DNA of 63,989 nt, filler included, from Stramenopiles sp. TOSAG23-3 (lineage: Eukaryota): assembly GCA_900128585.1 (NCBI GenBank). It is 17 parts of 17 records of this genome, joined end to end, with 100 filler letters (N's around TTAATTAATTAA, not from the genome) between each part and the next. Parts side by side here need not be neighbours in the genome. Positions count along the whole stretch, not along the records: positions 10,331 to 11,520 come from LT646296.1; positions 11,621 to 12,809 come from LT646297.1; positions 12,910 to 14,097 come from LT646298.1; positions 14,198 to 22,499 come from LT643040.1; 13 more parts are not named here. One strand, given 5' to 3'. Under the pieces are notes generated by a model. That model did no database searches and was not told the DNA's origin. It saw nothing but the letters and a program-made list of their open reading frames with translations. This document shows positions 10,775 through 22,599 of the stretch, piece by piece. Positions within the stretch are counted from its first letter, which is position 1; each line of letters opens with the position of its first letter. The translations under genes were made by a program, and so were the position numbers.

Positions 10775-11620
10775 CGAAACCGATTTGTTTATTTTAATTC
10801 TTAATTCAGGTAAATATTAATTTGATAATTTTATTTTTTATGTTGTAAATAGTGTATTTTGTCTTTCAATTTTAAATTGTACTTATACCCCTTTCCAAAT
10901 ACCAACTTTTTTCCTTTTTTGTCTTCATTATCACAAGATATCCTCATAATTATTAGACTATATTATATAGAATGACAATGTATTTGTAATAATTTAGACT
11001 AAATTGAATAGGATTATAATAATATTATGCACGATTTACAACAAAAGTTGTACAACTTTTATGCGTGTATATTATTTTCGAATATAAGCGTAGCATTACG
11101 GCCTACAACAATCTGTACAACAAAAAGTTCTAGTTGTCATTATGTATGCCTCAAATTGTTGTACAGAGCCAACAACAAATCCGATAATATGCACGATTAG
11201 AGCAATGTTACGATGAGGGTTTGAGCGTTTACCTTGGTACGCCCATACTAGCCAAATCGTGCATATTATTGACTCCTGTACAACTATTTTGCTAGGTCAT
11301 TTTTTGTTTAGCATACTACTTTAATCTTATAAGTACCAAATAATATGCACGATTAGAAAAGTTGTACAGATAATTGTATAGATGAGCCATTCTGTACAAC
11401 AAAACTATCATGTACACACCAAAGACAACAGTGCATTATATCAACATACATGGGAAGAATGGGGAGAAGAGAGAAGAGAGAGAAGAGAGAAGAAAAGAAG
11501 AAGAAGAAGAAGAGAGAGAGNNNNNNNNNNNNNNNNNNNNNNNNNNNNNNNNNNNNNNNNNNNNTTAATTAATTAANNNNNNNNNNNNNNNNNNNNNNNN
11601 NNNNNNNNNNNNNNNNNNNN

Positions 11621-12809
11621 TCTGCCGTTGGCACCATTTTCGAGTGACACTTTAGCAAATTACTTTAGATACAATTCGCATTCAGACGGGGTATGCGCGT
11701 ACAGTTTGAAGCCCGACCAAGCCTACACAGCGTTCTCGTCTGTTTCCACAAAGAAAACGGTATCGGGGGAGTGTGCTATGTTCGTAACGCTTGAAGAAGA
11801 TGAAGATCCCAAAACTGAGCAAGAAGAGTTGGTGTCTGTCGACGGCGTTGCATTGTCGTGCTTGACCGGGTTGGGGGTACCGTATGTAAAACTAGCATTA
11901 AATGTAATACCTGCGTTGTTACAGTCAACGGGAGCGGCCCCCAGTGGGGAGGAGACCATTACTGTTGTTACAAAGAAAAGCAACGGTGAGCTGCGCACAC
12001 GGTCGACCAATATGACATATACAAAATACAAAGCACTAGAGGCCGAGTTTCGAGCTCTAGAGGATTCCGGCTTTAACCGTATGCCACAATGTTGGACTTC
12101 CAGCGTGTTAGACAACGTCAGAGTGTGGGACTGCGAGACCACTGCGACTACGTGCGTTCGAACCGATGTCACGCGTGCGAAAAATGATCCCAAAGCAATA
12201 GCTTACGAATCACTGAAAGACGGGATTGTGCCGCTGTTAATGATCATTGATGCAACGGACCTAAGAACAGGCCAACCAATGGGAATGGGCCCCGGTGGAT
12301 CCGCCGATTACGACTGGGAAAGTGGAAAGTGCCAGATTGCTGTGGAGGGCCTTTACGATGCCGGCGGGAACGAAATTTGCAACGCTGACAAACCAACGAC
12401 GCCAACATTCACCGAACCAATGTGCGCGTACAACGGTATGAAGGAAGCCCACAACAAATTAAACAGTTTGATGGATAAAATGAGTAAGGGAAAAATGAAA
12501 AATGATCCCACCGAGGTTACTGCAATTACGTCTACTGACAACTGGTTTGCCTGCGTTAACCTTGTGAAAAAGATGCAAAAGGAAGGCACTGTTGAAAAGT
12601 CTCGAGAGACAGCGTCGTGCATTCTCTCCTACCCTGATACGTGCGGCAAATCGACCAGAGAGTTCTGCGAGTCGAACCCCTCGAACGAATGGTGCAACGA
12701 CCCGTGCTGCAATTGGGAAAAATCACGGACAATGTGTTGTGCACCAACCAAGCGAACCTTTCAGGCGCGCGTGTATGAAGTATTGCCCGATGAAGTTGCA
12801 AAACGATGC
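11621..12809 (+). CDS. Uncharacterised Cys-rich protein, internal fragment
   Basis: About 395-codon open frame spanning the contig with WCNDPCCNW...MCCAP; family not recognised. Confidence 0.7.
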
Positions 12810-13319
12810 NNNNNNNNNNNNNNNNNNNNNNNNNNNNNNNNNNNNNNNNNNNNTTAATTAATTAANNNNNNNNNNNNNNNNNNNNNNNNNNNNNNNNNNN
12901 NNNNNNNNNCCGGCCGAAGTACTGAAAGAGAACGTCCTGAGCGAGAATTCAAAGGCTAACAGTTCAAACCCTTGGGTTCAGCTGTGAACGCCGCTGCAAT
13001 TTATCGTGTTTGCCTATTAAATTACTCTCCGTGCGTATATTTTACCTCGTTGTGAATTAGGCGCAAAATAAGAAAATTATTTTGATAAATACAGCCAATT
13101 TTCTTGTTTAATGTTTATAAATTTTAATAATTACTTTAAATAACAGCCAATTTTTCGTTTTCAGAGAAATAATATTAATTACAAATGTGCACATCATCGT
13201 GTATCCTCGCAAGAGAACTCTTAAACTTAATGAAAAAAACCAAAGTGCGTAATACGTTTATACGCTGAACTCTTGTTGATATCTACGAAATTGCAAATGT
13301 CAAATAAGAATTGTTTTTC

Positions 13320-14097
13320 TTACAAAGTCAATTCGAACATAAAGAACCTCATCGTGTCCGCGTTGCTCTCCAACTTTTCTGGCCATGGCTTCGGCAAAAA
13401 CTCACAAATATTAAGTTCCACTACCTTGAACCCAGTGCTTGTTGCTGTCTGTATCACATACTGAAGGCTACTTTCCGACCTGATGTTGTATGCACAAATA
13501 AACTGCTTCGTTCGCCCTCTCGCAGTTTCGTCTTCTCCAAAAATAAGCAAATCCTTAGCAGCTTCGAGGGGATATTTCGGGTCGCACAGCGCCCTGGCCA
13601 AGATGTCAGCACCAATCACAATATCCACCGTCGCTTGAGGGCTGCTACTTTTCTCTCGAAAAGCGGTTACGCACCTCTCCACGTCCCCCTCTTTCCCCCA
13701 GAACAGGCTCATCGCGGCTGTGTTGTCTCCTAGTCTGTTCGTCTTTTGCGAATGCTTTACGTTCCTCTCTATCAACTCAACAATTTCCGGTTCGCCGTCT
13801 GTTACCGTCATAGTTTTGGGCTGACAATAAAGCCCGCAAAACATTCCCGCCAACCCTACGCCCGCGCCCAGCTCAACGACGTGCTTGCCTTTGAAAAAAT
13901 CCTTGTTCACCAGACAGTACCAACAAAGCAAGTTCGTCACAGGCCAAAGTACTTGCCCTGTTAGATGAAGCTCCGTGGTCGAGCTTTTCGAAATGTACAA
14001 ATTTACTGGGTACTCCCCTGAAACGTTGCGTTTCACCAGTTCCTCATTCTCCACCGCATTAAATGTGACCTTACGCTCCACGTACTCCACTTGGTTG
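13320..14097 (-). CDS. Class I SAM-dependent protein-lysine methyltransferase (Methyltransf_16 / METTL21-23 family), 5' partial
   Basis: TGQVLWP, motif I VVELGAGVGLAG, TVTDG, LFWG, DIVIGADI. Confidence 0.88.
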
Positions 14098-14436
14098 NNN
14101 NNNNNNNNNNNNNNNNNNNNNNNNNNNNNNNNNNNNNNNNNTTAATTAATTAANNNNNNNNNNNNNNNNNNNNNNNNNNNNNNNNNNNNNNNNNNNNATT
14201 AATTAATTTCTTTTTTGTTGTTTGTCCTCCTCCGTCCTCCTCCATCCGGGAAGGAAAAATTATTTACATTATAAAATTATTAATTAGTAAACTGGTTGAT
14301 TTGGTTCAATGATGTTTAAGATTGAAAAGAAAGATAGAATTAATCAATGATCATCATATAACGGATTTCGAAACGATTAATAGGGTGTTGAATAAGATTA
14401 TGATATACAGGCGTTTGTTGGAAATTGCTATTGAGA

Positions 14437-17400
14437 ATGAATGTTTTATGCACAGGAGTCGCACATACTCTGATATTGTCCGATAAAGGGGAAGTGTATT
14501 CTATCGGATCGTCTGAATATGGGCAGTTGGGAAGGGATGTGGTGGGAGGGAACTTTCATGCCCCTGTTCGCGTCGTTGGGGCACGGGCCAACGACAAAGG
14601 GAAGTACTATTTTGGGGAAAAACGAATTGTTGCGATTTCCTCTGGAGATTACCACTGCGCGGCCGTAGGAGTGGATGGGACCCTTTATATGTGGGGGGAC
14701 GCAAGTGATGGAAAACTAGGTCATGGAGAAGAGGATTTAAATGAAAGCGGCAATGAGGGCGGTCGCAGATCTCATTCAATGCCGTGTGTTGTCCACGCAT
14801 TTTTGCATGCCAATTTAATAACGCATGATATAACCGGAATTAAAGTGAAGGTCCGCGGAGTTTCGTGTGGTAGCTCCCACACACTGTGTGTCGATTATGG
14901 TGGAGAAGCGTGGAGCTGGGGCGATGGAAAGTATGGGCAGTTGGGGCATGGGGATACATCCTCGTGCATATTTCCGAAGGAGCTGTCTGACTTCAAAAAA
15001 ACCAAAATTGCTCAAATTTCAGCCGGTGCCAAACATTCATTAGCACTTTGTGATGGTGGCAAGCTATTTAGTTGGGGGCATGGGGACCATGGGACATTAG
15101 GAAACGGTGGTTACGACGGGTCCCCTCGGCCTTCCGCGATAAAATTTCACGATTTGCGATTATGTTATTTTGTAAACATTTCTGCCGGTGAAAGCCACTC
15201 GGCCGCAGTGACCGGCGAAGGTGCTGTATATACTTGGGGGTCAGGGGCTTTTGGCAAGCTTGGGCACCAATCGTTTGAAGATGCGCTTGTGCCAAAGCTG
15301 GTCGAAGCGCTGACAGGGACAACGATAGGCATAGCCAGGTGTGCCCCATTTCACACCATATTCGTTACAAAAATATTGAAGGGCGATTCCTCTGGCGGGC
15401 TAGTTTATGCGTGTGGGTCTGATCAGTACGGGCGTTTGGGCAATGGTGGCGACGCCGAAGACCCCGGTGACGTCAGGGACGATGAAAACAGCGGGGACAA
15501 TGGGGATTCGGCTGTTGGAAGTGAATCCGTACCGCTTCCTTGCGAAGGCTATATGAGCGCGAACCGCGTCACGTGCGTTGCAGCCGGCGCTTTTCACAAC
15601 GTAGCATGTAGTCTTGACGGGACACTTTGGGGGTGGGGGTTTAGCGGTCACGGTCGCCTAGGTATGGAAGTGTTCGAATCGATCCATAGGCCCTGCAATT
15701 TGGAAAACTTAAAGCACATTCCAGTCACGGGGAAAACCCTTGTTGGGAAAGATGAAGAAAACACGGGAGGCGCAAACATGAAAGACTTGGCGCTTTCCCA
15801 AAGTTTTCGACAGCGATTGATTTGTAGCATATCGTGTGGCGCCCAACACACTGTTGCGTTGACGACAGGGGGTGGTGTATGGGCATGGGGAGAAAACGAT
15901 TGTGGTCAGCTCGGCCTCAATGATACGGAAGACCGTCACACGCCCTGCGTTGTGACAGAGAATATTGGTGAATTGGTTATCCAGGGAATAACAACTGGTT
16001 CGCAACACACGGTTGTGTGGCAAAGAGAAGAAAGCGTGTTCGTGTGGGGCCGCGGGACGGAAGGCCAATTGGGGTACGGAAATGCTGGTATTGAGAATAC
16101 TGTAGATATCCATGTTGGAGATGAGTCTTCGAAACCACAGCGGTGTCCTTTGCCGGAAAACGTGTCGATCAAAAGCGTGACAGCGGGAGACTCTCATACG
16201 CTGTTTGTTTCCCGGCAAGGAAAAGTGTATGCGTGCGGAAACAACATGTCAGGGCAGTTGGGGTTGGGCCAAGACAAGAAATGCCAAGTGAAACCAAAAC
16301 GGGTCGACGCAGGGTTGAAGGAAGAGACGATTGCCGTCATTTCCGCAGGAAACGCACATTCCGCCGCAGTATCAAGCCATGGGAAGCTGTATACATGGGG
16401 AGCCGGTTGGCATGGCAGGCTTGGCCATGGCAATACGAAGAACATGTACATCCCAAAAACGGTGTCTTGGTTCGGGTATAAAATTGTGACAGATGTAGAG
16501 TGTGGCTTTGCCCACACGCTCGCCTTGACAAGTGATTGCGTTTTATACGCATTTGGAAAAAATGACCAGCGCTTGGGGGCAAAACACCGGGAAGACTTGG
16601 AACATTTACCCCATTGCTTGGCAGAGATCCCAAATGTAGTTGCCTTTTGTGCTGCAGAAGATCACAGCGTTGCGATCTTGAAGACCGGGGAAGTGATCGC
16701 TTGGGGGCTGCAAGGGAAGTATAGAAAATTAGGAGATTACGTACAACAGGGGGAGAAGGAAAACGGCCCCCAGACGGTAGATCTTAGCGACGGCAAAGGT
16801 GACGAAGAAGAGAACAATTTCAAGACGGTATACCAGGAAGGGTCCGTAATCCAAAAGCAAAAGGCGTTGAATGCCGGTGCAGACATTGCCCCGGGGGTGC
16901 TTGATCGGAGGGCGGTCTCGTGTTATTCAAACCACACGGTAGTACTAGACGCCGAGGGAAGAGTGTACAGTTGGGGATACAATGGCAGTGGAAGATTGGG
17001 GCACCCGGGTCTAGCCGGCCACACAGTTGTAAACGCGAAAAGAATCGCCGGGTTTAAGACTTTATCAGAGTGCCTCCAGCAGGCAGACAACCCTAACGGG
17101 GGGAATAGTGGCAGCAAAGACACGCAAATTGAAGCCAAGCCTGCGGCAAACGATAGTGCAATGCAAGCACGTGCGGCTCCTTCGGGTGGTGGCAAAAATG
17201 GCGGCGAAGGTACTGAAAAAGAAGAAATGCATCCCGATGATCATCATCTAGACATCAGCGAACTGGAAGCCTACCTTGAAAATATACGCTCCCACAAGTC
17301 CTTGGAGGTAAGCGTTACACACGTAACCGGACTGATTCGCCAAGAGCCAAAATCATGGTTTGATGAAAATATACATGGCATTGTCGATGACTTAATGGTG

Positions 17401-20382
17401 GTGAAATCTCGGCTGCAAAAACAGATCGACGTGTTTGTGAATACAGAGAAGCAAATATCTCACATAGAGGACAAAATTCGCCTGGCGATGTCGTCTACAC
17501 AGCGCCACATCTTTGGGATATCAAAAGAAAACGACGCAAGCGTTCCACGCTTTCTCAAGCAGCATTATTTGAAATTTCAAAACCTGTTCTCTGTGTTACT
17601 GATGCACCCATGTTACATTGAAACGATTTATAAAACTCTAGTGATGAATCATTGGTCATATTTTAAAACAGAACCCATTGATGAGAAAATGGAAGCGGAG
17701 AGGAAGTCGCAGAAAAAAATGGTGACGGTAACAGTAGGGCAAGATAGCACAATTGGTCGCTGGTTGGAGGAAAAATACAGTGAAGCGGACAAAAAAAGGA
17801 TTAAGTTGCCTTTGATGTCTAGAAATGCCGTGTTCATGTCCCCAGACGAGCATTTCAAGTACATTTTTCAATTTATAAAATGCATCTATGCGGATTTAAC
17901 GGATAGGCACGTTTCGTTGCGTTATTTGTGCTTGATGAAGGTTATATTGCGGGGTGAGGTTCATGCTCTGGTGCAAAAGGGGGGGTCTATCGAACAGTTC
18001 TCGATGCCGCATAACAGCCTTTTTGTCAAGTTAGTAAAACACTACGCCGTCGAGTGTGGCGTCCAGAAACTTTTATGCGAACAGCTGGAATCCTTGGCCC
18101 GTGACATGTGTTGCCAATCTTTGTCAGGAGACACAGTTGCAGACGCAAACAGCAAATTTAAAAATACCGGAGGCCTGTTCGACCCAATTTTTGTCGGTGT
18201 AGCTTTGGATTTAAATTTTGACCCACTGCATTTGCAAAGCACGTACAAACACGACAATTCGGAGAACTCGGCGCAATCCCAATCTGAACTTTATGATACA
18301 CTTCGAACCCGTGCTTACGAGGACTCTAAGCACAGCGATGGCGTATTGTCAACACGTGTGAACCGAGGTGTCACGTCGTTTATCAACATTTTAAATACAG
18401 CGATTGAGGGCTGCTGCCAAGCGTTTCTGCTCTTGCCGCACGGCATTAATTGGATATTTAGTGTCCTGTACAACCAAATTGCAACGGAGTACATTGCTCG
18501 TAGGGGCCAATCCACAACGATAAATTTCATAAGAGCACAAAGCAAGCGCGCGGCGCTGCGCTTCTTTTTCTCCCAAATATTGTGCCCAATGATCTCCGAC
18601 GAAGCTTACTGGCGTGAAACAGCAGCCAAAAATCGCTGGGGCTTGCCGCTTCACGAAAAGGACCAAACCAACGGGGCGGATAACGAGAAAGGTCGGTTCT
18701 TGAAACAATTTTGGATGGCCCAAGAGTTTAACCACTTTCGGAAGAATATTCGAATATTATGCCGCGCGTTAAACCGCGTTTGCACTCGCGACATGCACCC
18801 CGTTTCGATGCCGTGGTTGAAAGGTGTAAACAATGCCGTGCGTAAGTTGAACGGGCAAATATTGGAATCCTTCGACGCGATCGTGAACGGTTCTGGCAAC
18901 CATTACGAGCTGGAGGTGTACTTATACAACGCAATGTTCAAAGAGTACACGAGAAGACACCCATTATTCATCTCGGTCCCTTTACAACTCGTGGAGTACA
19001 TCCAGTGGGTATTTTTGTTTTTAGGAGCGGATGTGTGGAGCCCCCGAGACATGGTAAACGATATTTTCTGGGGGGAATCGGGCATGCTGGGGAACGAAAG
19101 TCAGCTGACATTTGCGCGTCAGTTCAACCCGAGGAGTCAGAACTTTGACTACTCGGAAGGTGACATCATCAGCCTCAATTTCAGCGTCGATCTCCGCATC
19201 GTGGATGGGGACGCCGCGGAGTCGAATACTGTCAGTTCTATACAGGATGCCAGGATTTGCAACAGTTGTTCGTGCATTCTGCCGGCGAAGTTAGCCGCGG
19301 GCTATTCTGTCCGAAGCGCAGACAGGCATGCGTACGAAGAAGTCGTGGTAGAGGAGCATTTGCGATTGTCCATGCCACCCAGCACAGGGAAATTAGACGA
19401 TGCAAGCTTGAAAGAGGAAGCGCGAAACCGCGAAGCCGCAAGGCGCGAAATCATCGCAAGCAGGGCGGACGAAAGCCGCTGCCGAAAGCTGTTTTCAAAA
19501 CTATTGAAAAAGGAATCTTTTTTTCCTGAAGATATCCCCCAGGGGGACGTTTTGAAGGGCTTGATCGAATACATGCACACGCGCCTGGCGGAGGAAGAGA
19601 AGAGTGGGGATTTTTCGTCCGCAACGGAATCCAACGTGCTGCTGGAGCAGTTCCATAACATAGAGTTGCAGGCGAAAGCTATTGGGGACTTGCTCTTCGA
19701 AATGTTGGAAGAACTTTTGTTTCGGAAAAAGCGTGCCTCACGGTACGCGTTGGAGAAACGGATGCTGGTGGCTTTAAAAGCAGAATACAACAACTATGCG
19801 GGATACATAGAGAAGAAGCGCAAAAGTTCGTTCCACTTCTTGGACATAATCAGGAACGGGGTTGAAACGACCCAGAACAGAACAATCGTCAGCAAATTAG
19901 CGACGAAGAAGAGGATCAAGTTGACGCCTAGCAATCTGTGCAAAAGCTGCCACACGAAACACCCCGCGCCTCGGTCCATTCTGAACCACTACCAGCAGGT
20001 CAAAGGGATTTTCCAATCCTTCTCTTATGCGTACTTGCTCAGCAAAGACGTGATCCGATTTTTGGACTTGGGGCCCGCGATTGCCGTGGAAGAGAAAGGG
20101 GATGATGAAGGGTCGACGCGTACGGTGCAGCCCCTTGATTTCAAGCAGATAACCTCCAACCTGGTGTATGAATTTCGCAGTCGAAACGGGGAAATGAGTG
20201 TCATGGCAACGTACAACAAAACGTACGTCATCGATCAACTTTATTTTCCGATTTCGGAAATCTTAAAATGCAAGCGCTTGCGTATCCTCGAATTCAAAAC
20301 GGCAAACTCGCTCACCACCTTTAATATAGATCAGTTCTTGCGCTTGATTGAAGACATCGTCATGCTTAGTCTATTGTTGTAA
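14437..20382 (+). CDS. Large protein: two RCC1-repeat blocks + IQGAP-type RasGAP domain + RasGAP_C domain
   Basis: About 14-15 RCC1 repeats (SCGxxHT...WGxGxxGQLG) to about 17060. Then FQNLFSVLLMHPCYI, LPHGINWI, FFFSQILCPMI, RKNIRILCRAL and a C-terminal FSYAYLLSKDVI...FNIDQFLRLI, paralleling IQGAP GRD/RGCT motifs. Start is uncertain (possible upstream exon). Confidence 0.85.
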   Translation: MNVLCTGVAHTLILSDKGEVYSIGSSEYGQLGRDVVGGNFHAPVRVVGARANDKGKYYFGEKRIVAISSGDYHCAAVGVDGTLYMWGDASDGKLGHGEEDLNESGNEGGRRSHSMPCVVHAFLHANLITHDITGIKVKVRGVSCGSSHTLCVDYGGEAWSWGDGKYGQLGHGDTSSCIFPKELSDFKKTKIAQISAGAKHSLALCDGGKLFSWGHGDHGTLGNGGYDGSPRPSAIKFHDLRLCYFVNISAGESHSAAVTGEGAVYTWGSGAFGKLGHQSFEDALVPKLVEALTGTTIGIARCAPFHTIFVTKILKGDSSGGLVYACGSDQYGRLGNGGDAEDPGDVRDDENSGDNGDSAVGSESVPLPCEGYMSANRVTCVAAGAFHNVACSLDGTLWGWGFSGHGRLGMEVFESIHRPCNLENLKHIPVTGKTLVGKDEENTGGANMKDLALSQSFRQRLICSISCGAQHTVALTTGGGVWAWGENDCGQLGLNDTEDRHTPCVVTENIGELVIQGITTGSQHTVVWQREESVFVWGRGTEGQLGYGNAGIENTVDIHVGDESSKPQRCPLPENVSIKSVTAGDSHTLFVSRQGKVYACGNNMSGQLGLGQDKKCQVKPKRVDAGLKEETIAVISAGNAHSAAVSSHGKLYTWGAGWHGRLGHGNTKNMYIPKTVSWFGYKIVTDVECGFAHTLALTSDCVLYAFGKNDQRLGAKHREDLEHLPHCLAEIPNVVAFCAAEDHSVAILKTGEVIAWGLQGKYRKLGDYVQQGEKENGPQTVDLSDGKGDEEENNFKTVYQEGSVIQKQKALNAGADIAPGVLDRRAVSCYSNHTVVLDAEGRVYSWGYNGSGRLGHPGLAGHTVVNAKRIAGFKTLSECLQQADNPNGGNSGSKDTQIEAKPAANDSAMQARAAPSGGGKNGGEGTEKEEMHPDDHHLDISELEAYLENIRSHKSLEVSVTHVTGLIRQEPKSWFDENIHGIVDDLMVVKSRLQKQIDVFVNTEKQISHIEDKIRLAMSSTQRHIFGISKENDASVPRFLKQHYLKFQNLFSVLLMHPCYIETIYKTLVMNHWSYFKTEPIDEKMEAERKSQKKMVTVTVGQDSTIGRWLEEKYSEADKKRIKLPLMSRNAVFMSPDEHFKYIFQFIKCIYADLTDRHVSLRYLCLMKVILRGEVHALVQKGGSIEQFSMPHNSLFVKLVKHYAVECGVQKLLCEQLESLARDMCCQSLSGDTVADANSKFKNTGGLFDPIFVGVALDLNFDPLHLQSTYKHDNSENSAQSQSELYDTLRTRAYEDSKHSDGVLSTRVNRGVTSFINILNTAIEGCCQAFLLLPHGINWIFSVLYNQIATEYIARRGQSTTINFIRAQSKRAALRFFFSQILCPMISDEAYWRETAAKNRWGLPLHEKDQTNGADNEKGRFLKQFWMAQEFNHFRKNIRILCRALNRVCTRDMHPVSMPWLKGVNNAVRKLNGQILESFDAIVNGSGNHYELEVYLYNAMFKEYTRRHPLFISVPLQLVEYIQWVFLFLGADVWSPRDMVNDIFWGESGMLGNESQLTFARQFNPRSQNFDYSEGDIISLNFSVDLRIVDGDAAESNTVSSIQDARICNSCSCILPAKLAAGYSVRSADRHAYEEVVVEEHLRLSMPPSTGKLDDASLKEEARNREAARREIIASRADESRCRKLFSKLLKKESFFPEDIPQGDVLKGLIEYMHTRLAEEEKSGDFSSATESNVLLEQFHNIELQAKAIGDLLFEMLEELLFRKKRASRYALEKRMLVALKAEYNNYAGYIEKKRKSSFHFLDIIRNGVETTQNRTIVSKLATKKRIKLTPSNLCKSCHTKHPAPRSILNHYQQVKGIFQSFSYAYLLSKDVIRFLDLGPAIAVEEKGDDEGSTRTVQPLDFKQITSNLVYEFRSRNGEMSVMATYNKTYVIDQLYFPISEILKCKRLRILEFKTANSLTTFNIDQFLRLIEDIVMLSLLL

Positions 20383-21192
20383 GTAGTAGAATTAAATAGT
20401 AAATCAACATATATATACTTTCAAATTATACATCATATATATATATGATATGATTTGAACATTTGAACATTACATTATTTTTTCTTATAAATATAACTAA
20501 AGCTATATATTAATATAATGAGATTAATTCTTCATTCATCATTTTCTTTCCTCCTCTTCTCTTCTTCTCTCTTTCTTCTTTCTTCCTTTTTGAATAAAAA
20601 AACATAATATAATAATTACACCTCAATATTGTACTTAATATAATATTAATATACTTAATATTGATAGGATATAATAAATGCTATTATTTAATACTGACCA
20701 GTCAACCAATTATCAGCATGTAATTTGTATTAATTAAATAATATTATATATAAATAACAGCGAGCTATAAGCCAAGCCATCCTCCACTCATTCTTTTCTT
20801 TCTTTCTTTCTTTCTTTCTTTCTTTCGACTCTTTCGACTCTTTCTTTCTTTCGACTCTTTCTTTCTTTCGACTCTTTCTTTCTCCTCCTTATTACCATGA
20901 TGTGCTTGCTTCTTCGCGAATATTACTTAATTGTGATGAAGAAGAAAGAAGAGAGAAGATAGAAGAATGCTCAACAACACAACACACCAGACTTTCACAT
21001 CATCACAAAAAAAAAGAAAGCCATGCCGTATCTTTTATCCAATTAGTTTTACGACTTACGCAAAAAGAAATAAAAATCGCAGAGACAGCCCAGTTGATTT
21101 AAAAATTTATTTGATTAGGTACTATTTAATATTGATTAGCAACCTTATCGATCACCAAACAGTTTACGAAGAAAAACAATCACAAGCGAACC

Positions 21193-22203
21193 ATGACATC
21201 AGTAGTTTCAGACGCCGGCGAAGTTGCCGAAACCAGTGGGTATTGGTTCCGCGAAGAGAACTCTCCGGACTGGATGATCACCATGCGGCTAAAATCTTTG
21301 GGTAAAGAGGTACAGTCGGATTTTCAGCACGTTCGGGTAATTGAAACGGCGCCTTTTGGAAAAACCCTAGTATTGGACCACAAGACCCAATCTTCCCAGC
21401 ACGATGAGCACGTGTACCACGAAACCCTCGTGCACCCTACCATGCTGGCTCACCCGAACCCAAAGCGCGTGTACATTGGGGGGGGGGGCGAGATGGCGAC
21501 GGCAAGGGAGGTCCTGCGGCACAAGAGCGTGGAACAGTGCGTTATGGTTGATATAGATAAAGTCGTTGTCGATTTTGCCCGCACCGAGCTGCAGCAATGG
21601 AGCGAGGGCACGTTCGACGACCCAAGGCTCGAGCTCGTAATTGGCGACGCAAAGGGGTTCTTGGAGAAGGACGACCGCGCGTACGACGTTATCATCATGG
21701 ACATTGCCGACCCCATCGAAGCCGGGCCAGGGATAGCGCTGTACTGCCAAGAGTTCTACCAGTTTTTGATGAAGTCTGGGCGCCTGGCGCCGGGAGGGTT
21801 CTTCGTGACCCAATCTGGCCCAGGTTCCTTTATCAACGTCGACGAGTGCGGCTCTACCATCCACAAGACCCTTCGGTCTGCGTTCAACAACGTCGCATGC
21901 TTCCATGCCGACATCCCCAGCTTCGGGAGCAACTGGGGGTTCAACATGGCTTTTGGCGGCCCAGCGGACTTGGAATCGTTCGACAAAGACGTCTTGAGCA
22001 AGATAAACAAGGATACGAAGTTTTTGTTGAGCAAATCGATCGATGACATTGACAAACAAATCGAAGAAAGGATCAACGGTACCCTGAAATTCTACGACGG
22101 TGTCACACACCGCGGACTTTTCGGCATCCCCCGCGACATGCGCATTTTTCTATCCAAAGAGGAACGCTACATGACCCTGGAAAACCCAGTATTCATGCAT
22201 TAA
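21193..22203 (+). CDS. Polyamine aminopropyltransferase, thermospermine synthase (ACL5)-like
   Basis: SDFQ, FGKTLVLD, DEHVYHETLVHP, IGGGGE, DVIIMDIADPIEAGPG..LY..EFY, FVTQSGP, IPSF..WG. Confidence 0.9.
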   Translation: MTSVVSDAGEVAETSGYWFREENSPDWMITMRLKSLGKEVQSDFQHVRVIETAPFGKTLVLDHKTQSSQHDEHVYHETLVHPTMLAHPNPKRVYIGGGGEMATAREVLRHKSVEQCVMVDIDKVVVDFARTELQQWSEGTFDDPRLELVIGDAKGFLEKDDRAYDVIIMDIADPIEAGPGIALYCQEFYQFLMKSGRLAPGGFFVTQSGPGSFINVDECGSTIHKTLRSAFNNVACFHADIPSFGSNWGFNMAFGGPADLESFDKDVLSKINKDTKFLLSKSIDDIDKQIEERINGTLKFYDGVTHRGLFGIPRDMRIFLSKEERYMTLENPVFMH

Positions 22204-22599
22204 AAAAAACATTGAAACGTGTTGGTGTGTGTAATGAATCATGACAAACATTGGATCGTCCCGACGGTATTAATAATATTGGGAAGAGAAAGAAAATGCT
22301 TTTATTTTTTCATCTCTCTCCTTTTTTTTTGGATAACTATATTCTAAATTCTAAAAAAACAATTACACAGATTATTTATTTATTTTATTAATTATTAAAA
22401 AAAAAACTTTATATTAAACTCATTCATAGGTAATACAAGACACATTACAAGTATAATAAAACGTATAGTATAGTCTACAGTTCAAACCCTCTCTTTTCTN
22501 NNNNNNNNNNNNNNNNNNNNNNNNNNNNNNNNNNNNNNNNNNNTTAATTAATTAANNNNNNNNNNNNNNNNNNNNNNNNNNNNNNNNNNNNNNNNNNNN

